Source: a bacterium
GTDB lineage: Bacteria; Zhuqueibacterota; Zhuqueibacteria; Oceanimicrobiales; Oceanimicrobiaceae
Direction: 5' to 3'
Length of the DNA: 64,000 bases
Assembly (NCBI GenBank): GCA_037446635.1
Contig: JBBIIG010000009.1
Coordinates: forward strand, 1 to 64,000
The notes under the pieces were generated by a model, which did no database searches, was not told the DNA's origin, and saw only the letters and a list, made by a program, of their open reading frames with translations. The position numbers and the translations under genes were made by a program. This document shows, one piece after another, positions 58,562 through 64,000 of the stretch (position 1 is the stretch's first letter; every line of letters begins with the position of its first letter).

Positions 58562-60295
58562 ATGAAGCGAGTGATAAAATTACTTGCCTGTTTCCTCTTT
58601 TCACTTCCAACTCTGGTTCGCGCCCAATTTTCACCCATCATAGATCTTGGAAAATTTTCAGAAGATGTCCGTATCATCTATAAAACCGAAAATGACTACG
58701 ATGATTTCGGTGCCGATCTGGTAGTGGGCGATTTCAATGGCGATGGCTTCAACGACATTTTGGCCGGCGCTTATGCCTACAGCGACAGAGAGAATTTCCG
58801 GTTTAATGTTGGACGGGCATACATCATATTCGGCGGCCCAGAGATACCCGCTATACTTGACCTTCGCGCTGACGGTACCCAATGGGTACGAATAACTGGC
58901 GATGACCCCAGAGACAACACAGGCCGGTATGTAGGCGCCGGTGACGTGAATGGAGACGGCATTACCGACGCCATTATTGGGGACTCTCAAGTTGGCGCGG
59001 TAGCTACGGCCGGTAAACTGTTCATTGTTTATGGCCGCCAAAATTGGCCGAAGGAGATCGATCTCAACACCGACGGCGGTCCGGTCCTAGGAGTTACCCG
59101 AGTCAACGGCAAGCAGCTTGAAGACTCCTTTGGAACGATTGCAGCGGGCGGCGACCTGGACAATGATGGTTACGACGATGTGCTCATCGGCGCTCCTAAT
59201 CTTGGCGAGGCCTACATTCTCTACGGCCGAGATTCGTTGGATGCGATCGTTGACATGAACACGACACCTTATCGGCTTACGACTTTTCACAATACTGAAA
59301 AATGGCATATCCTTTCGTTTGCCCATTTTACTGACTTCGACGGCGACGGCTACAGCGATGTGTTCTTGGGTTATACATCTTTTAGTCAAGTTAATTACGA
59401 AGGCGCTGGGCTGATTTTTTATGGCAGCCAAGAGGGACTGCCAGCAGATGTCAATCTCGATCCGCAAAATCTTGGAACCATTAGCTCAACCTTCATTCTG
59501 GGGGATGAAGGGAGGCGCTTGGGCCGCCGGTTTGCCGTAGGGGATTTGAATGGCAATGGCCAAAACGATCTTCTAACTGCTGATATTAAAACCCAGCGCA
59601 TCTATGGCTTTTTAGATATTCCGCCGCGCACGCCGTTCATAGACATGAAAGATTACCCCCACCAGTTGCTTTTGCATCAACCAGGAGAATTTGGCGATCT
59701 TGCAGTGGAGGATGTGAACGGCGACGGTTTTGACGATTGGATTACCGCCTCACCCAACGGGCGCGGCCGGGGCTACATCTTGTTTGGTGCAGCGAGCCTA
59801 CCCGGTTTTCTGGATCTAAATCTGCCGTCCTATCCCCAAATTTTGGCGGCGCAGGAAAGCTGGACTTTTGGCGAGAGCATCGCCACCGGCGACATCAACA
59901 ACGATGGCCTTCCCGACATTATCATCAGCGATCCTCACGCTCACACCATCGGCGGGGCCTCACCGGGAGAGATTTACGTGATTTACGGTCGCCGCAAACA
60001 AGATGATCCGCCGGTGGGACCATTCCAATTGCTGCAGAATTATCCCAATCCCTTCAACGCCAGCACGGTTATTCGTTACCGCCTGGAGCAGGCACAGGTT
60101 ATTCAAATTGATATTTATAACTCGCGCGGCCAGAAAATTCGCCGGCTGGTGGAGGGCAACATGCCGGCGGGAGAGCACCGCGCTATCTGGGATGGCCATG
60201 ACGAGAGCCTGCAGCAAGTTGGCAGCGGCGTGTACTTCTGCCGGATAATTGGCGAGACATTTTCGGAATCGATCAAGCTTTTGTATTTGAAATAA
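58562..60295 (+). CDS. Secreted FG-GAP (integrin-alpha-like beta-propeller) protein with T9SS/FlgD-type C-terminal domain
   Basis: Seven DxN/DGDG-type repeats, G.AYIIFG; LLQNYPNPFN...WDG...SGVYF. Confidence 0.9.
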   Translation: MKRVIKLLACFLFSLPTLVRAQFSPIIDLGKFSEDVRIIYKTENDYDDFGADLVVGDFNGDGFNDILAGAYAYSDRENFRFNVGRAYIIFGGPEIPAILDLRADGTQWVRITGDDPRDNTGRYVGAGDVNGDGITDAIIGDSQVGAVATAGKLFIVYGRQNWPKEIDLNTDGGPVLGVTRVNGKQLEDSFGTIAAGGDLDNDGYDDVLIGAPNLGEAYILYGRDSLDAIVDMNTTPYRLTTFHNTEKWHILSFAHFTDFDGDGYSDVFLGYTSFSQVNYEGAGLIFYGSQEGLPADVNLDPQNLGTISSTFILGDEGRRLGRRFAVGDLNGNGQNDLLTADIKTQRIYGFLDIPPRTPFIDMKDYPHQLLLHQPGEFGDLAVEDVNGDGFDDWITASPNGRGRGYILFGAASLPGFLDLNLPSYPQILAAQESWTFGESIATGDINNDGLPDIIISDPHAHTIGGASPGEIYVIYGRRKQDDPPVGPFQLLQNYPNPFNASTVIRYRLEQAQVIQIDIYNSRGQKIRRLVEGNMPAGEHRAIWDGHDESLQQVGSGVYFCRIIGETFSESIKLLYLK

Positions 60296-60306
60296 AGGTT
60301 TCTCCT

Positions 60307-62042
60307 ATGCGGCGAGCGATACAAGGATTTGTGAGCTTCCTTTTGTTAGTGCCCGGCATAATTCGCGCCCAATTTCCACCGATTATTGACTTAAGCAAAT
60401 TTGCCGAAGATGTAAGAATCATTTATAAGACTGAGGATGAGTACGATTACTTTGGTTTTGATCTCGCAGTAGGCGATTTCAATGGCGATGGGTTTAACGA
60501 CATCTTAGCTGGCGCTTATACCTACAGTCAAAGAGAGCTTTTCCGCTTTGCAATCGGTCGTGCCTACATCATCTTCGGCGGCCATAACATACCCTCCATA
60601 ATTGACTTGCGCTCAGATAGCGTTCCTTGGGTGCGAATAAATGGTGATGATCCCAGAGACAATACTGGTTTTTTTGTCGGCGCTGGTGACGTCAACGGTG
60701 ACAGCATCACTGACGCGATTATTGGAGACTCGCCTTTTGGCCAATTCACTACTCCCGGCAAGCTCTACATAGTGTATGGACGCAAAATTTGGCCGAGGGA
60801 GATTGACCTCAACACCGACGGCGGACCTGTGCCGGAAGTTACGCGAATTAACGGCAAGCGACCCGAAGACGCGTTTGGCGAGATAGCCGCGGGCGGAGAT
60901 CTGAATGGCGATGGTTACGACGATGTGCTCATCGGTGCCTCCAATCTTGGCGAGGCCTTCATTCTCTATGGCCGCGAATCGTTAGATGCAATTGTCGATA
61001 TCAATACGACGCACTATCGCCTTACGACTTTTCATAAGCCAAGGGATTGGGATTTCATCCTGCCGTTTGGGCTTTTCACAGACTTTGACGGCGACGGTTA
61101 CAACGATGTCTTTTTTGGCAATACATCCTTTAGTCAAATCGACTACGAGGGCGCCGCAGTGATTTTTTATGGCGGTAAAGACGGTCTGCCGGCAGACGTT
61201 AGTCTTGATCCGCAAGATTTTGGAACCATTAGTGCCACTTTTATTCGGGGGGATGAAGGGAGACGTTTGGGCCGCCGGTTTGCGGTGGGCGACTTAAACG
61301 GCAATGGCCAAGCCGACCTTCTGACTTGCGATGAAAGAACACGACGCATCTATGCCTTTTTAGATATTCCGCCGCGCACGCCGTTCATAGACATGAAAGA
61401 TTACCCCAACCAGTTGCTTTTGCATCAACCAGGAGAATTTGGCGATCTTGCAGTGGCGGATGTCAACGGCGATGGCTTTGACGATTTAATTACTGCGTCC
61501 CCAATGGGCGCGGCCGGGGATACATCCTGTTTGGTGCAGAGATCCTACCCGATTTTGTAGATCTGAATCTGCCGTCCTATCCCCAAATTTTGGCAACGCA
61601 TGAAACCCATGAGTTCGGTGACGCGATCGCCACGGGCGATATGAATCACGACGGACTGCCTGATATCATTATCAGCGACCCGCAGGCTCACACCATTGGC
61701 GGGGCCTCACCGGGAGAGATTTACGTGATTTACGGTCGCCGCAAACAAGATGATCCGCCGGTGGGACCATTCCAATTGCTGCAGAATTATCCTAACCCGT
61801 TCAATGCCAGCACGGTCATCCGTTACCGCTTGGAAAAAGCGCAGGTTATCCGGATTGATATTTACAATGCCCGCGGCCAGCGAATTCGCCGGCTGGTGGA
61901 GGGCAATATGCCGGCGGGTGAGCACCGCGCGATCTGGGACGGCCACGACGAGAGCCGGCAGCAAGTGGGCAGCGGCGTGTACTTCTGCCGCATCATCGGC
62001 GAGAATTTTTCGGAATCCATCAAACTCTTGTTTTTGAAATAA
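60307..62042 (+). pseudogene. Tandem paralog of the FG-GAP/T9SS protein, split by a 1-nt frameshift near 61500
   Basis: Paralog reads TASPNGRGRGY; here gcgtccccaatggg lacks one C, giving ORFs 60307-61560 and 61590-62042. Confidence 0.85.
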
Positions 62043-62232
62043 ACCTCACCCAACCTCTCCTGCGAGGAGAGGGGGACTGGAGTCCCTTCCCCTGCAAGGG
62101 GAAGGTCAGGATGGGGTTGGCTTTTGGAAAAAAAGTCAGGGTGTCGGGCAAATCAAATTTTAATCAGAAATCATTAGTTTGAGCTTTTCACTATCGACCT
62201 CACCCTGTCCCTCTCCTGCGAGGAGAGGGGAC
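62043..62232. repeat. Two CCTCACCC...CTCTCCTGCGAGGAGAGGG stem-loop repeats
   Basis: Copies at 62043-62118 and 62197-62232. Confidence 0.7.
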
Positions 62233-62269
62233 TCGAATCCAGGATGGGTCAAAGCGAAGGAGTCAACTT

Positions 62270-63316
62270 ATGGTTCTAAACACTTTGAAGCCGCAGATTT
62301 TGTTAGTAACCTTGCTGCTGGTAATCGGGACAGCCAACTCCCAGGAATTCACCTCGGCGCGCGCCACCGCGCTGGGCGGCTACGTCGCTGTATCCAATGA
62401 TGCCTTCGGCCTGGATTGGAATGCTTCGGGCATGATCTTTTCCGAGGGCAAGGTACAAATTGCTATGACCAATCTTAGCAATTCTGAAAACATCCTCGAG
62501 TCGTTCCGGAATTACGGCCTGCTGGTGCGCCTGGGCCGTCATGCATTCGCCGTCCGCAAAACTCCGGATTTTGTGGCTTTAGCCCGTTTCGACAAATTTC
62601 CGATACCCGAAAGAGTGGAGGATGTAATTTCTTACGATTTGCTTTTTGGCCTGGCCTATGAACAAGATTGGGCCCTTGGATATGCTTTTAAGTTATCCAA
62701 CCGACTCGCTTTCGGCGCGGAAGCCCGGCGCCATAAATACAGCAACAATTTATTTTCCTCCAGCCGGTTCTGGAGTTTTGGATTTAGCGCTACCTACGTT
62801 TTAAACGAGCGTTTTCGTTTCGGTCTCGTTTCTCGCAACACGTTCCGCGATCATTATCGGAAGCATCGCGATCGCATCATCTTTCAAATCCCAGGGGAAC
62901 CAGACGTGACGATTTCCCCCATCGATTTTGACGCCCTCGCGAACGTGTTCACGGAGCCGGAGTGGCGCCTCGATTTTGGAGTCGCCGCGTATCCAGCAAA
63001 AAGCTTGCTTTTCTCGCTGGATGTTTACAGCGACGGCGGATTCGGAACGGGGTTGGAATGGCAAGCAGTGAAAGGGCTATTTCTGCGGCAAGGAATAAGC
63101 CACAAAAAGGACGGCCTGTTTAAAGCAGATAAGATTTGGGCGATAACGCCGGGAATCGGTTGGCACTACGGCATCGCCCACTTCGATTTGACGCTATATT
63201 GGAACAAGCATAATCGCGAAACCGCAATTGATGTCAATGCAATCGGAGAATTTCAGATCACTCCGTTAGATGCCAGCCGCCTGGCGGTGTTTTCCGTGTC
63301 GTTTGATGTAAAGTGA
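62270..63316 (+). CDS. Predicted outer-membrane beta-barrel (PorV/FadL-like N-terminal motif)
   Basis: Signal peptide, SARATALGG.VA..D.....WN.SG motif, amphipathic strands. Confidence 0.7.
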   Translation: MVLNTLKPQILLVTLLLVIGTANSQEFTSARATALGGYVAVSNDAFGLDWNASGMIFSEGKVQIAMTNLSNSENILESFRNYGLLVRLGRHAFAVRKTPDFVALARFDKFPIPERVEDVISYDLLFGLAYEQDWALGYAFKLSNRLAFGAEARRHKYSNNLFSSSRFWSFGFSATYVLNERFRFGLVSRNTFRDHYRKHRDRIIFQIPGEPDVTISPIDFDALANVFTEPEWRLDFGVAAYPAKSLLFSLDVYSDGGFGTGLEWQAVKGLFLRQGISHKKDGLFKADKIWAITPGIGWHYGIAHFDLTLYWNKHNRETAIDVNAIGEFQITPLDASRLAVFSVSFDVK

Positions 63317-63346
63317 ACCTGCCATGTGAATGACGTCAATTACCGA

Positions 63347-63730
63347 CTACTCCAGCCTGGCCTGCAGCGCCGCCACCTCGTCCAGAATGGCAGCGTCCTC
63401 CGTTGGCAGCAGGCGTTTAAACAGCGCCAGCGATTTGGCGTAACTTTGGCGAGCCGCCGCGTCTTGTTTTAGCGCTAAAAAAACTTCGCCTTCCTCTTTT
63501 AACAGAGTAGCCAGCGCTTTGATCTTCTCGGGACTGCCTAATAAACCGGCCAGGGTCTCCGCGTCCAAACTTTTTATCAGCTCACCGGATAGTCCGAACA
63601 ACTCTTCATAAGCGTTTTGAATAATTTCCCCGGCCTCTTTATTTTTGCCCGCCTGTTTGGCAAACAACACCTGCGCCAGCACGCCCGAGAGCTGCGCGAT
63701 CATGCGCATGATGTAATCTTTTTCAATCAT
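63347..63730 (-). CDS. DUF6483-like helical protein
   Basis: EKDYIMRMI N-terminus, TPR-like C-terminus. Confidence 0.7.
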   Translation of the reverse strand: MIEKDYIMRMIAQLSGVLAQVLFAKQAGKNKEAGEIIQNAYEELFGLSGELIKSLDAETLAGLLGSPEKIKALATLLKEEGEVFLALKQDAAARQSYAKSLALFKRLLPTEDAAILDEVAALQARLE

Positions 63731-63768
63731 CTCTTATTGCCAATTGCTTACTGGCTACTGCCAACTGC

Positions 63769-64000
63769 CTACCGCCTTTTCGCCTTTCGACCATCGCTTT
63801 TTGCTCTACGCTTCTCGCTCCACGCCTCACGCTCTTCCTGGTGCACCAGCACGAAATCGATAATCCGCTCGTCCGGCTCCACCCGCACCACCCGCACTTT
63901 TACCGGGTCGCCGAGGCGATAGATTTTGCCGGTGCGCTCGCCCACCAGCCGATAATTTTTTTCATCGTGCAGATAGTAATCGTCCTCCAAATCTGAGATG
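63769..64000 (-). CDS. rnr: Ribonuclease R, C-terminal S1 domain (partial)
   Basis: ISDLEDDYY.......LVGERTGKIYRLGDPVKVRV......R.IDF; basic tail; frame open at the window edge. Confidence 0.88.
   Translation of the reverse strand, partial: ISDLEDDYYLHDEKNYRLVGERTGKIYRLGDPVKVRVVRVEPDERIIDFVLVHQEEREAWSEKRRAKSDGRKAKRR

Overview
A 64 kb bacterial chromosomal segment, GC-rich in most coding regions. Gene content (T9SS/FlgD-type C-terminal domains, tandem MacB-like permeases, TolC, TonB) suggests a diderm of the FCB/KSB1 neighbourhood; this is inference, not a database result. Most of the window is housekeeping: coaE, comEC, rnhB, moaA/D/E, nfuA, folE, queG, apbC, cinA-pgpA-pgsA, recR-ybaB-dnaX, a large Alu-containing SRP RNA, five tRNAs, tadA, tenA, an ABC-F protein and the 3' end of rnr. 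Small toxin-antitoxin cassettes or remnants and several families of periodic or palindromic intergenic repeats are interspersed. The stand-out is a self-contained five-gene minus-strand operon at 7654-13093. It encodes (i) a single polypeptide that looks like a natural FliF(RBM3 only)-TM-FliG fusion with a Sec signal peptide, (ii) a predicted outer-membrane protein, (iii) a TPR lipoprotein and (iv, v) a flagellar-type MotA/MotB (PomAB-like) stator. No fliM/fliN, export-apparatus, rod, hook or flagellin gene lies in the window, so this is a candidate minimal, non-flagellar trans-envelope rotary motor. Secondary observations: an IPCT/DIPPS-MlaC::DUF3047-TolC-MlaC cluster, a QueG-nucleotidyltransferase fusion, MoaD with a masked Gly-Gly terminus, tadA overlapping a tRNA, a TA module flanked by a duplicated terminator, tandem FG-GAP genes, and an apparent chimeric junction at the window start. 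All protein family calls come from motif recognition by eye.
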